NCBI GenBank assembly: GCA_030141605.1
Contig: JAQGDQ010000573.1
Coordinates: 29,752 to 93,751, forward strand
DNA length: 64,000 nt
Reading direction: 5' to 3'
From: Tubiluchus corallicola
Taxonomy: Eukaryota; Animalia; Priapulida
Shown here: piece after piece, positions 47,001 to 59,163 of the stretch
How the letters are laid out: the number at the start of each line of letters is the position of its first letter
Position numbering within the stretch: position 1 is the stretch's first letter
Notes under the pieces: generated by a model
What the model was told of the DNA's origin: nothing
Databases searched by the model: none
Seen by the model: the letters and a program-made list of their open reading frames with translations, nothing else
Program-made: the position numbers and the translations under genes

Positions 47001-47450
47001 TTTATTGCAGACGGTAAAGAGTCAACTCAGTGTTCAACATTGCGTAATCTGCTTGAAACGTCTGATCAGCCTACTGAGGCATCATTTAAACAAGCCTTTA
47101 GTGACAGCAGACAAGAAACTACAGAACAAATCCAAGAAGACTTAACTAGTGACTCAAGTGCAGATAGTACTCAGATTTCGCTGCATGATGAGTCTAGCTC
47201 ATTAGAGTCTGATTCAGATAAAGAAGATTTACAGCCGGTAGCAGTATATGAAACTGCTGATCAGGCTTTGAAAACTATTGATTATATGTTAATTGGGGAC
47301 TATAACGAAAATGGCATGTCCTGTTCTAATAGTGATGATTATATTGATGTAAAGCCAGAAGTTATAAGTTTCAACAATGATTCTGAAAACAGTGACTTCT
47401 ATTCTGTTGAATGTGTCAGTAATTATATGAAATCAGAGCCAATAGAGTAA
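44088..47450 (+). CDS. Multi-C2H2 zinc-finger protein, 1120 aa, single coding exon
   Basis: Long ORF with C2H2 fingers (YQCNLCHSAHHNMSNLIAHITEH, FQCKICLNAFASPHQLADHCLTTH, FTCEQCGATFGKKDSLRKHNQVH, YHCSYC..H..H, FQCTPC, FTCEYC, FKCDLC); ttgcag acceptor at ~43998 suggests a 5'UTR intron. Confidence 0.92.
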   Translation: MANIPNCKLLKQEPSVDINTFDSDARSNNISYSAMPDTESEKCGDKIEDVNNQTALIDDNKTCSMVIEDIINKVIENDKNQRLQFSLLCPNFASQMIKLLLKQHQSDNENQQSKITVVETRSLNDGTGSSHTSENESVSNEKSTALLTTSTGNKGSACLNIKAENVTYNHNVDQSECSPNGYADKVGKIFKNFYDSTKSFDGCQADLNTDKNTVPFYQCNLCHSAHHNMSNLIAHITEHIRCLQTPFQCKICLNAFASPHQLADHCLTTHTSNVRGPLGGIAIPVPPEVEKLKPKSSKQKCSEQRPADAKTVSQKSKQNRANDRNVPRFQTAAELCESDVPVYTRSGRPLRKAALTAVKLMNDIVDGTKAESSTPVDNENAPDEFGNESVTLPNSEVLLRKANRGKKRKAPPTRAAFRHVFSRTAPIPQREESSMLIPQIPYRPILPKITGNGMDCTSTLSQIKLPMSPPKRKKRSSKMDKNMPSESFQVPEYEKGACSLLAAVAKRAADTSPKKKTDEHLLRNLSTSSSGIIDHVSVKAEALRNVSTSSSGIIDHVSVKAEALNSISSDKLKLAASTLSPTTNNSIGSQDKASSAVSPTSGLASGFPTKKKKGQLTSLQSIVNKLTNAAASKGLVSPPVPQTDITSLSKSLAVQGNNSESHPVRPMLVSDSNTSNSRNNVQVDNSCEALYPAGSDQQKHGCADTVPAVPDMSSSAMLLDLLTKAGNRQSNVNSVPTFVLPEPQKFTCEQCGATFGKKDSLRKHNQVHNRSKEEDPSTLYHCSYCSASYKNRTAVRAHEKRHPESQRKASLTRTQRKLNENQHKWQINQRRQNSAGSHGTSTESQYTVTENGEFQCTPCRYQTHSQNLFNQHVRDHQLGNTILFTCEYCEQTFPNVNSLKAHRMRHAMWKTAGSFKCDLCGEHFSSSIAVDTHMARCRLNVSAGTSEGYLKQLKTITKGFQNCSPALVKELFIADGKESTQCSTLRNLLETSDQPTEASFKQAFSDSRQETTEQIQEDLTSDSSADSTQISLHDESSSLESDSDKEDLQPVAVYETADQALKTIDYMLIGDYNENGMSCSNSDDYIDVKPEVISFNNDSENSDFYSVECVSNYMKSEPIE

Positions 47451-48542
47451 AAGCCTGCAAGTGTAGAACATTCGTATTCCTGCACTGTATGTTGTGTTGG
47501 GTAGTTTTCCTTTACAATCATAATACATGTAGTTAAATGCAGGTTATGATGTATGTACTGCCATGTAGTTTCTTATTCTTTGTGCTGCTTACTGAAGAGC
47601 TTTTTAAATTTGAACGTGTAACATGCTAAAAATAGAACAGAAGCCATCGTTACTATCTTTGAATGAATCGTTTTGAGCGCATTTTGAAATCCTAATGTAT
47701 CCCGAATCACGGCTTTTCAGCTCGGAAGAATTTTAGCAATTTTGCTCGTTTATTTTAAAATTGTGTCAAAAAGTGATGCAGTTACATCTGTACCAAATGT
47801 ATATTTGTTACTTGTTCTATATTTATTTAGTGCGTTTTTTATTTTTCATTTTCACCAATTTTTTCACGTTTTGTTAATTTTTAGCGAAATTTTTTTAAAG
47901 AGTTGCTGAGAAACATGATTTCAGCATTTCGCGGCGTAACCGCATCCATTTTACGTTGCTCTTTGAATGGCTGACATTTTAACAGCTTTTTTATGTGGTA
48001 ATTTTTATGTAAGTTAATTTTATAACCAGGCAGATTCGTTTTGTTTGTTAAACTTGCCAAGGGAAACCGACTTTTTTATGTTTTTGTTGCTACTGTTAGG
48101 CGTGCTATTTTAAAATATTTTAAGTTAGCCTGTTATTCCACGCTGTCAATTACAAATCTTAATATTATGAGATGTGTGACCTGCATTTTTTCAGTTTGTG
48201 TTTGCTTTATCTCTAAAGCGATGTAAGTTAAATTTTATTACATTTCCATTTGCACAGAGTAGTAAGTACTCTTGATGTTCTTGAATGTTATTTTTATGAT
48301 AATGCTGCAAGTGGGGGAGCCAGAGACAAAAATAATCTAATTTGTTTCGTAACGTATGCCCACAATTATATTATTATATGCACAACATTGTTGATATTGG
48401 TCGAGAAAAATCCATTTTATTGATATAAATTCTTAAATAATAAAAATTTTGTTATGAATCTTAAATTACATTAGTATAGAATTTGACGACAGAAAGCAGT
48501 GCTTTTGAAATCGTATATATTAATTCTACTGGTATGGGCTTA

Positions 48543-49046
48543 ATATATATATATAAGATTCGAGGCTACAGCTTCGACGGCGGCACCATTTGCGGCGATC
48601 TATACATCAAACAAAAGGTCTTGATCTAGTGTCATCTCATTGGGGGTTTATTTTGCGAATCGGGCCCACAGGGGCGAAAAACCTCCGAAAATGGCCATTT
48701 TTCGGCCGTTTTTTGCAAAAATTATACGTCTAAGATCTGGAGAATGGGAACGGGCCATGGGTGGTGCTGGCTATGGGTAGATAACCCGTTCAGAGGTGGG
48801 TGTAGTAGGCGAGAGGGCCACGGCATCCCGTAACGGGTGTTTTCCCTGATCCAACTCGCGATTTTTTCGAAATTTTCGTCAAACAGCAGGCAGAAAAAAC
48901 GTTCTAGCGGCGCCTGGTGGGACTCTCGGAAGGAGATATACGGCTCTTTAGAAAGAGGAAGAACAGGGCTACATTCGATGTAGGATGTACGATGATGTGG
49001 GCTATATTTTAGGACACGTCCACCAAGAGGAGTACCGACGAGTTAT
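48543..49046 (+). mobile_element. Helitron family B, 5' part
   Basis: (TA)n-AAGATTCGAGGCTACAGCTTCG start, homologous to the reverse complement of 22190-22748. Confidence 0.75.
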
Positions 49047-49586
49047 TATTATATTATACTGTAATCATGTTGTTTGAGATTCATTGTGTGAATTGGAACT
49101 CGAGGCTATTTTTATTTTGACATTAGAGTGCTGTAATTTATTGTATATTGCATGCTTTTAATAATTTATGAGATTTTAAGCCAGGACAAAGAAACTTTAC
49201 TTATGACAAGTTGTTTAAATGAATCTGGCGAAAGTTTTGTAAACATAAAAATTACTAGTGTGAATGTTATGATAAAAACGCTTGCTGAGATAAGTGAGTT
49301 AACGTCAATATTTTTGTTAAGTAAACAAAAATTGCAAAAAATTGTTATTGTTATTACCAGCAAAGAAAACATTATTGATCCGTGTGTTGTTGATTGTTGT
49401 AATGGTGATTTTTGTGTCACTTTAGTGGTCCTGTTTGCTTTATCCTTTGGAAAATACATAATGTTGTCGGAAAATGGCGATTACTTTTTTTTAGTTTTTT
49501 GTGTTCTAAGACGAACAATGATAGTCTGAAGTAAACTAAATCATTTTGCCTATCATGTATTTTTAAAATGGCAAATAAAGATTTTA

Positions 49587-49610
49587 GTACTGCTGCTGCT
49601 ACTGCTGCTG

Positions 49611-49645
<35 letters not shown>

Positions 49646-49833
49646 ACTACTACTACTGCTACTACTGCTGCTACTACTACTGTTACTGCTACTGCTACTA
49701 CTGCTGCTACTACTACTGCTACTGCTGCTGCTACTACCACTACTACTGCTGCTGCTGCTGCTGCTACTACTACTACTGCTACTGCTGCCACTACTCACTA
49801 CTACTACTACAACTACTACTGCTGCTGCTACTG
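49587..49833. repeat. (TAC/TGC)n microsatellite
   Basis: Directly visible; follows AATAAAGATTT. Confidence 0.97.
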
Positions 49834-50149
49834 CATAAAGAATATTTTTTGGGCAGTAAAATGAAACTTTGCCAGTTTGTTACATAGAGGTAAAAATTGT
49901 GTGATTTGTCGAGATAGTAAAATTTTTAAGTGATAATACTTTGCATGGGATTGCAAGCAATTTTGAAAGAAACCGCATATATTAAAATTACTTTAAATTT
50001 TAAGTTAACATCTGTTTGGAAACTTTGCAAGAAAGCTAGTTTATGTATGAGCTTAAAAGCATTACCAATTTTTAATGTGTGATAATGATGTCCCACGGCG
50101 CTAGATGACACCACCATGTAGGCAGTTGCACTAATAATTGCTTAACGTC

Positions 50150-50630
50150 TGTTTTTCTATAAATATATCAACAACATTAATTCTCCTTTCAAAAACAATA
50201 ACCCTCCATTTCTTGAAAACCCCAGTATGAATAACAGAACACTAAATTTAAGAAACATTAGAACGAACAACCAATATGGAAAGAATTCCATTACTAAGCA
50301 AGCAATACAACTTTGGAATTCATTACCGACATCACTAAAACACAGCAGCTCTTTATCAATATTCAAGTCTAAATTAAAAAAAAAACATTTAATGACTCGT
50401 TTTGAATATCCGACATACGAACACGATGACACTTACTCAAGTCATAATTTCAATTTTCCTAGACCTTACTAAACTAGTTTATATTTTATTTTTGAATTTC
50501 TAGTTGCACTTATAGTTTAGCTTGCACCAGACGCATTGGCCCAGAACAGTGTATGTTTTTATTGAACTAACACTGATTGTCTGTCTTTTATTATGATGGT
50601 CAATGTTTTTAAAATGGCAAATAAAGATTT
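50150..50630 (+). mobile_element. L2/CR1-group LINE 3' end with (TAC)n tail
   Basis: YGKNSITKQAIQLWNSLPTSLKHSSSLSIFKSKLK, 3'UTR related to 6540-7175, ends GCAAATAAAGATTT+(TAC)n; a short 3'-only copy lies at ~49515-49586. Confidence 0.75.
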
Positions 50631-50737
50631 TACTACTACTACTACTACCACTACCACTACCACTACCACTACTACTACTGCTACTGCTACTGCTACTGCT
50701 GCTACTGCTACTGCTACTGCTACAGCTACTGCTACTG

Positions 50738-50815
<78 letters not shown>

Positions 50816-50858
50816 GTCTACTTCTACTACTAATACTATTACTACTACTACTACTACT
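50631..50858. repeat. (TAC/TGC)n microsatellite
   Basis: Directly visible; follows AATAAAGATTT. Confidence 0.97.
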
Positions 50859-51229
50859 GACTAGGGTCGGTTCTAAAAATCTGCTTTGATGTTTGCTGAC
50901 TAGTCCTTGTACTAGGCCGCACTTTTTGTGGGAATGTCTTTGACGAACAAGTGGCAATTTCACACAAATCCACGGATTTCGAATGCGATTATGTATAGTA
51001 AATGAGAAAGAGATATCCGCGATTCTCTGTCACCGACTTGACCTAACTAACTAGCTACTTTGCTTGCTTATAATAGAACCCAAAAAATACAATAGAACAA
51101 ATGGAATGAAACAAAACGGCATAGAATGGAGCCGCACAGAAGATAATGTAATGTAACGGAATCGAAAATGCAAGTTTTCGTGCTTCATTGTGTCCGACGT
51201 CCTTGGCTTGTGTAAACTGCGTCTAAACA

Positions 51230-51530
51230 GTTAGGTAAGTGGGTTGACAAGCAGGTAGGTAGATAAGTAGGTAGTCTGGTAGGTAGGTAGGCAGGCCGGT
51301 GGGTTGGTTGAGGGATGGTGGTTGGGTAGGTAGAGAAGTAAGTAGGCAGGTTGGAGAGGTTGATAAGTAGGTGGGTAGATGTAGGTAGGACCTGGTAGAC
51401 AGACAGATAGGTACCGGTAGGTAGGTAGCTAGATAGCAAGTAGGTAAATAGATGGATGGGCAGGTAGAGAAGCAGGTAGGTAGACGAGTTAGTAGGTAGT
51501 AAGTAAGTAAGCAGATATGTAGGTAGATAG
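51230..51530. repeat. Degenerate (AGGT)n low-complexity tract
   Basis: Directly visible. Confidence 0.85.
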
Positions 51531-51919
51531 TGCTAGTGTAAAAATTTTCTGTAGCAAAATTTTTTACCGTTTGTCCACGTGTTGCTTTTCAAATTTCCAC
51601 TTCTTAGTGCGCTGTCTCATTCTCCACCGCCTAACTGTCTTAGTGCTCAAATGGCCTCTGCCTGTCTTTCAGACTCCTGCTGCCCAAATAGCCGCTACCC
51701 AAGTGTCCCCACTGCTCAAATGACCTAGAACCATATTTATGTCTTGCTAATAAATCATAAGTCATGTTTCTCCTGCATTACGTACATGAATGTTACTTAT
51801 CTACGCACATTGGTCTTGCTTCGTGTGATTTGTATAAAAAAATCTGCAGTGTCGTCGTATGTTCTTCATCTGTTTTATTTTGTCAGAGAGCATAAGCGCC
51901 GTTGCTAAGTAGCTAAATT

Positions 51920-52025
51920 CAGGGCCTATTTCAGGGGGGGGGGAGTGGGGATACTTCCCCGGGACCTCACCCTCCAGGGGGCCTCGCGCCAACGTAACTT
52001 TTTTTGCTTCATGCGAACATACTGC

Positions 52026-52114
<89 letters not shown>

Positions 52115-52345
52115 CCGCACGCGCGCCGTTTGCCAGTATTGACAAGTATTAAGGACTGGTCTTGAGAATAAAGCAGTTTTTCTTTCAATTGCTCTTTCCT
52201 TTAACAACTGTATAACTCCATATTTTCTCTTCGAACATGCTTCTCCGGCCTTCTAGCAGTTCGAAAATCTTCTGGGTGCCCCCCCCCCGAGGAGGCTTCA
52301 CGCGCCCCACTTCCCCGGGCATCGCTTAGGCTGAAATAAGCCCTG
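51920..52345. mobile_element. hAT MITE family D carrying (CT)n
   Basis: CAGGGCCTATTTCAG...CTGAAATAAGCCCTG, perfect 8-bp TSD GCTAAATT. Confidence 0.88.
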
Positions 52346-52884
52346 GCTAAATTACCAATTTGTCTGCATTCGTTAATGACTTCACAGGATTAACGACTCA
52401 CCAGGTACACACATGTTTTATATCACATCCTTAATTAATACTACGAGCTATAGTATGTACAGTGTATCTGACCACACAATAGACAAGTCAATATAGATAG
52501 GGGCGAGTGAGAGTGATGCCGTGAATGAATGCTTTCTGTAGTGAGGTCATCTTGAAATCTTGACGACTAATAATTATTAATTTATGCCAACCAAAAAGGT
52601 TGTTAAACTACACAGCATCATTTTTTCTGAATCGATCCGCCCCTGTACACTCGCTTAATTGCGAATCACAGGTATCGATTTAGTATCGATTAAGTTTAGT
52701 TACAAGAGGCTATGCGCGGCAGTTCAACTGTCATTGCGTCGCATGGCACTGCACAGGTTGATCGTAGGAAATTCATGCGCTGATCATACGAACAAAGTGA
52801 GTCGTTTACGTCTCTTTTCATTATGCAGTTTATGCATTGTAAAATAATGTCTTCTGATGACATGACGTGCCTTTAAACATTGTA

Positions 52885-53631
52885 TAGGTTTTACATGTCA
52901 AATGTAGACCTGCGTTAACTCAAATGCAGATTTAGGTAGTTCAAATGTGTCTTGGCAACTCAAATGTAGACTTTGGTAGTTCAAATGTGTTAACAATGGT
53001 TTTCAACAAATCTTAAGCGCTTTTGGTAAGTCAAATGTAGACACATGTCAAATCAAATGTGACATTTGTATCTCAAATGTGGATAGGTGGTAAAGCTTAA
53101 GGATGTAAAATTTAATCTCCTTTAATCTTAATTTAATAATTGCTGTGAAAATAATAACTTTATAGGTCTACTAATAGTTCACTGATATTCTGCAAACTTT
53201 ACATACCATTGGAACTGTTAGAGAAAACAATACATTCTTAAAATAAACAATGTTTCTTGAGAGAAACTAATTCATTAATGCAGTGCTAATGCATTACTTA
53301 AAAAACTAATTAGTGATTCACTGTTCATTGGGAAGTGGGAACCAATTTATTCTTTTCTACCGACGTTATGGTTTATCAAAGAATTTCGTTTGAGGGCAAA
53401 CAACGCATTTTTCAAAGTTATGAAGGAGGTGATGACTATCTTTGGTTTATCTTTTTGTAATTTGCACTTAAATGAGTTAATTACCGATTTATTCAAAGTA
53501 CCGCATCTACATTTGACTTACCTAAGTCACATTTGAGTTACCGAAACACATTCGAAATTCTTATGTCTACATTTGACTTACCAAAGTTACATTTGAACTT
53601 TCTTGTGTCTACATTTGACGTGTAAAACCTG
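52885..53631. mobile_element. MITE family C, second copy (opposite orientation)
   Basis: AGGTTTTACATGTCAAATGTAGAC...GTCTACATTTGACGTGTAAAACCT; homologous to 23845-24482. Confidence 0.8.
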
Positions 53632-54704
53632 TATGTGATTGTTTCAAAGTGACTATCGAGAATAATTGCTGAGTGTGGCGCGCCGTGTCAACTAATACAA
53701 TTGTAACATTCACATAGGCAGAGAATGTAATATCTGATACGCTTAAATTACTATGGTAAAATGTCATTGAATTTTGTGGATTTATTGTAGCAATGTGTTT
53801 GAGAATCCGAAACCGTGAAACTACAATAAAAATAGTTATAATATGACTTTGGATAAATTTGTAGAAAATTTGAGTTTTGGTATGGCTTGCATGTTATTTT
53901 AGTCCAAATAAATCGTATTCTAAATTATTTAAATCTAAAACTTTTTGAGAGATAAGGTTTCTCTACACGTTTAACAGTCACAGTCGAATATTTCTCCCAA
54001 ATGATCTAGCCCCAGGTCTAAGAGCCATATTCGAAACTCGAAAGCGTGCGCTTTATTTTGAGAAAATTTTAGAGGGTAAAATGGAGTTTAAATATGAAAC
54101 TAAATAAGCACATCAGACACCGAATGGTTTTTTTGCCATTTCTGCAATTCTGTAATTTTACATGATGGAGAACAAAGTGAAGAATAATTTGAAAACACAC
54201 GTGTGTGTGTGTGTGTATGTTTGTGTGTATGTGTACGTGACTATAAAATGATTTTACTAATTATAAGAGGCGCTTATCACAGTTTTATTACTAAATCTTT
54301 CTATCATTTTTGGCGAACATTGAAATAAACCTAACTTTCTAGAATCCTTGCAGAGCTCTGTGATATGAACATGTATCATTGGTGTTATCTAGTGCGTAGC
54401 CGGTCTCACGTTTCAGCAGATGACAATAAAATGAACGCAATGACGAACGCTTACTAGATTGCGTGGCTTCTTCCTTTCGACAACCAACATGTAACCTTCA
54501 TGACTTGTACTTGTCGTTTAAATTGTAACCTTACACGAGTTCTAAAGTTTGTGAAAGTATCGTTACTATACTAAAAACCTTCAACTGAATAGATATATAT
54601 ATATGTTTAGATAGAGAATTTCACAATCTATGCAAGCGTGTATAACATCGTAAAATTCTTTCTGTGGTTGCTTGGAGTAGTCGGTAAAACTAGCAGCCCT
54701 ATAG

Positions 54705-55940
54705 TGTGGTGAATAAATTTATAAATCGATGATTTGGTAATAAATCTCATGCCTCCCTGATTTTATAAAATAAATTTATTAATCGATGTAAGAACTCACC
54801 CAGCTGACACGCCCGGATTTAATGAGCTGTGAAAGCGAAGAGATATCCGTGTGAGAAATGTAAGATTTATCGTTTGCTTTAAGGCCACTAGGATGCTAGG
54901 AGCAATTAGGTAATATTAGGTGTGGACAGAGATGTCATTTGTTATAGCTATTTGCATAGTTACTCGTAATTAACAGAAACTCTGCGAAGGTAACTGTTTT
55001 TCGATGAAAAGAGGATTGATAGTCTTTACGGGTATTGGCGACATCAAGGATAGGAAGTTCTGAAGGAACTTGCCGACATAAAGAAATTCGAAGTCCACCC
55101 TGCAGACCATAAATCGTAGTGGAAAAGGATGTTATGTCGCCTGATTGCGTGCGACGCAAATTACGCAAGGTCAGCTCTTCGAGAATATAAGCTCTGAGTT
55201 TAGGAACTCGGGGCTCTTTCAGTCAAACATTCAGAGGAAGAGACACGCTAGTGTGCGACACGAAGTCACACACGTATCAGAGGAGAATCTGACAGGAGAT
55301 TGGGACATCATCGTTCGATTCCAGCGTGGACATTTCTGCGTTCTCAGGGATAGCCTGAGCACTGGACAACGAGAGTCTCATATTAGCAACTGGAGTTGAC
55401 CAAGTGTACGGGGTGCATTGTGGTCAATCCGCAGAGTTAAGTAATCTTAACGCATTTGTAACTGAGAGTAACTGTGCATAACTGTAGTTCACTTAAGTTC
55501 ACATTGTATCATATGATAAATGTAAAGAGCACCTTAAGTGATATAGTTGCGGAATTGTCAAGTGAGATATTTAAGAGTCTTTTGGGAGCTATACATTAAT
55601 TGTACGCTTCACAAGCGCATAAGGACAAATCTTGTAAGCTATCTAGGAGAAGTAACTTTTGTAAACAAATAAAGTTAGTTCACTTTGACATATAACGATT
55701 GAGTTTATGTATGATATAAGTGTGTTCAGAGTTAAGCAACACTATTTCCGTGATACGAATCTGACAGGTTCGCACTAATTAACTAACGCTCGATTGCGGG
55801 AGCGGTGCTCGAAAGCTTGAGGGAAGTAGACCTTCACTCACAACGCAAAGGTCAAGGTGAAGTCTTGAGAGTTAAGATCATTGCTCGATAGACTAATATC
55901 TAAAGCCCTCGGAGCCAGGTGACGAAATCGCCTTGCAGCA
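54705..55940 (+). mobile_element. Candidate solo LTR
   Basis: Non-coding block of higher GC, TG...CA ends, AATAAA at ~55668, imperfect TSD tatag/aatag; boundaries uncertain. Confidence 0.35.
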
Positions 55941-56068
55941 AATAGATAATAGAGCGAACCTATTAAGTAAAATACAATCTATATAATATATAGATATAAA
56001 TCACTTTGCACTATACGATCGAGATAAACAGAAAACGATAAGTACTAAAAAGGGAAAGTGATAATAGG

Positions 56069-56456
56069 CAGGGCCTATTTCAGCCTAGCCGAGGCCCGAG
56101 GAAGTGAGGCGTGTGAGAGCCCATGGGGGGGGGTCTACCATGGTTGCCGCCCAGAAAATTTTTGAACTGCTAGAATGCCGGAGAAGCATTTTCGAAGAGA
56201 AAACATGTAGTTATACAGTTGTTAAAGGAAAGAACAATTGAAAGAAAAACTGCTTTATTCTCAAGACCAGTCCTTAATACTTGTCAATACTGGCAAACGG
56301 TGCGCGTGCGGGAAGAGAGAGAGAGAGAGAGAGGCAGGGGGAGAGAGAGGCAGTATGTTCGCATAAAGCAAAAAAATGTTACCTTGGCGCGAGGCCCCCC
56401 TGGAGGGTGAGGCCCCGGGGAAGTATCTCCACTTCCCCCCCTTGAAATAGGCCCTG
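56069..56456. mobile_element. hAT MITE family D, inverted copy
   Basis: Reverse complement of 51920-52345; CAGGGCCTATTTCA...TGAAATAGGCCCTG. Confidence 0.85.
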
Positions 56457-56796
56457 CCTATAGGTATACATTGGACCAGACACGGCGGCTGGTAGAATAA
56501 GTTTTGCTGATTTAGAATAGATTAGAAAAAGTTTAGCTAAGTATTATCTAATATTAGTATCTAATATTTATACGCAAGAATTGTATCCAGTTTTAAAGTA
56601 TTCTACCTTCAAAAATCACAGTAATATACCACAATGATTTACCCAAATGAATGTTTTAAGAGCAGTAATTAGGTGCCAATTATCGCTTAGGTTCGCGCTA
56701 TATCACCGGACGTCATATATGCTACTAAAACTTATGCAGTGTTACAATAAACAATAACCTAAAGTTTTCATGCCATGTTTTTGAGGTACTGTACAT

Positions 56797-57248
56797 TAGG
56801 GGGGTGCATTCTCTACCAGAAAGCGAATTCGAATCGAACCGAATTTGTGACTTTCGAATTCGAACCAAACCGAACTTCAGTGTTTCAAATTCGAATGGAA
56901 CCGAACTTCAGTGTTTCGAATTTGAACCGAATTCGAATTGAGATCGAACGATTTTCGAACAAGTTTTCGAACCACAAGCAAAAATTAGTCTTACAAAGAT
57001 CATGTATATCACTAGATTTTGTTCTGCAATAAAACGACTAGTAATTTCTTTAAAATTGTGTGCAGAAATCACAGCTAAATTATGCTAATTGCATGATGTT
57101 TCAATCGTTTTAGTTATAAGGAACATGTGTGATTGAAGTGCTGAATTATTCGAATCTATAGTTTTGGATTCGAATCGAGTTCGAACTAAAAAAACTCGTT
57201 CGAATTCGATTCGAACTTTCGAACTGGAACGTTCGATGCTCACCCCTA
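56797..57248. mobile_element. hAT MITE with TTCGAA subterminal repeats
   Basis: TAGGGG..GCAT...ATGCTCACCCCTA, perfect 8-bp TSD CTGTACAT. Confidence 0.85.
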
Positions 57249-58702
57249 CTGTACATGGCATTTGAGAAAAGATAGTGAGATACTTGCCGCACATGTAGTG
57301 ACATGTTGTGTGTTTAAGTGCCAACCGCTGCCAACCATATACTCTACCTATTATTCAATGTTTGCGTGTTGCATCATAGCTGTATTGTTGTAGTGTAACT
57401 CCAAGAATAAACGTACAAAAATCTTAAAAATAAAGCGGCATAACAATTATCATTTCTAAATAGCACCCGACTAACAGAACCAAAAACGATCTTTTGAGCA
57501 ATGAGCACTAAAATCAGTACCCCAGAAATACAATGAGCACTAAAATAAGATTGCCAGTAACCAAACCAGTAATATTAGCATGAGGCATTGAAACCTGCTA
57601 AACGAAATCCACACAAAACAGCGTCTTGAATATCAAAAATTAATAAAGATTTACAACAGCTGAGCGCAAATTTAACAATAGCATTACAGGAGTTGAAAAT
57701 TTTAGCTGCAGTGGGGTGCTCTAATAAAGAATAGAGACGCAATGTTTACAATAGATGCAAAGATGTCTAGAGCAACTGAAGAAGAAGAAGAATGAAGATT
57801 GCTCTTATTACCCGCGGCATGCTTCAGCGAAAATGAATGGGATTTTGAAGCGTGGAAAATTGCTAGTTTTAACGCCTTTAGGTAATCGAGGCATCTCAAA
57901 CTCCTTCCATTGCTACAAGATGCTTTGGTTCGACGCACCAATGATAAAACAAAAAAGCATGTACAAGGACAGTGGGTATGTACAGACTATATGCAGTATC
58001 GATGAAGCTACTCTTTTCTAAAGACTAAGTGATTATGATTAGTCTAAAGACTTCAATTATGATAGTGGCGCATGTTGTGTTATAAATAATGACTATCAAC
58101 ATTAACGTAGCATGTAAAATTTCATGGTTTAGCTTGAAACAGAATAAAAAAGAAAATCGAAATTAAATTATCTCAAATGTTTTATTTAAGGTACCTTATA
58201 ATGCTAAGAAGAAATAAAAATTTCTACTAAATTTGAATTTTCTTTTTACCATTCTAGTTCTATTTCCATTTGTTATTTCTGTCTCACATAATTATAATTT
58301 CATTAAATTATTTTCAGTTTTTACGAATTCTTGCTGATACGTTGTTTTCATACTTACCTAGGCTATACTATAGTTATGAGTTTATCAAACAGGCTTACAT
58401 GGGTGGATTATATTGGTGGTTGTGATAATTAGATGTGCTTACTACTATCGTGATATATATTATCAAGGCATACTTATTTTAGTTTTTAAATTGTGATGTT
58501 GGCTTTGAGACTAAGCACTGTGTCTATTTTCATTAGCTTTATGTCGAGAGTTGATAAAGGTCGTGATTTTTTGTTAAAACATAAAGTATCAGATATTTTG
58601 AAATGGATTCTTTAAATGTTTTACTAAGCTTATACAGCAGTGTATTGCATGGTTTGACTCTAGGTTACACGATACATTAATTTTATGAAATTACGAAATA
58701 AA

Positions 58703-59163
58703 TCAAACATCAAATTAAAAGTGTTTTGACATTGTGTTAAACTTAACAAAACAAACGAAACGTGAAATTTAAAGTTTTAATGTCACAAACAATGTCAAAC
58801 ATCAAATTAAAAATGTTTTGACATTGTGTTAAACTTAACAAAACAAACGAAACGTGAAATTTAAAGTTTCAATGTCATAAACAATGTCAAACATCAAATT
58901 AAAAATCTTTTGACATTGTGTTAAACTTAACAAAACAAACGAAACGTGAAATTTAAAGTTTTAATGTCATAAACAATGTCAAACATCAAATTAAAAATGT
59001 TTTGACATTGTGTTAAACTTAACAAAACAAACGAAACGTGAAATTTAAAGTTTTAATGTCATAAACAATGTCAAACATCAAATTAAAAATGTTTTGACAT
59101 TGTGTTAAACTTAACAAAATAAACGAAACATGAAATTTAAAGTTTCAATGTCTTAAACAATGT
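58703..59163. repeat. 92-bp AT-rich tandem repeat (5 units) with internal hairpin
   Basis: Unit includes CAATGTCAAACAT-N-ATGTTTTGACATTG. Confidence 0.93.
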
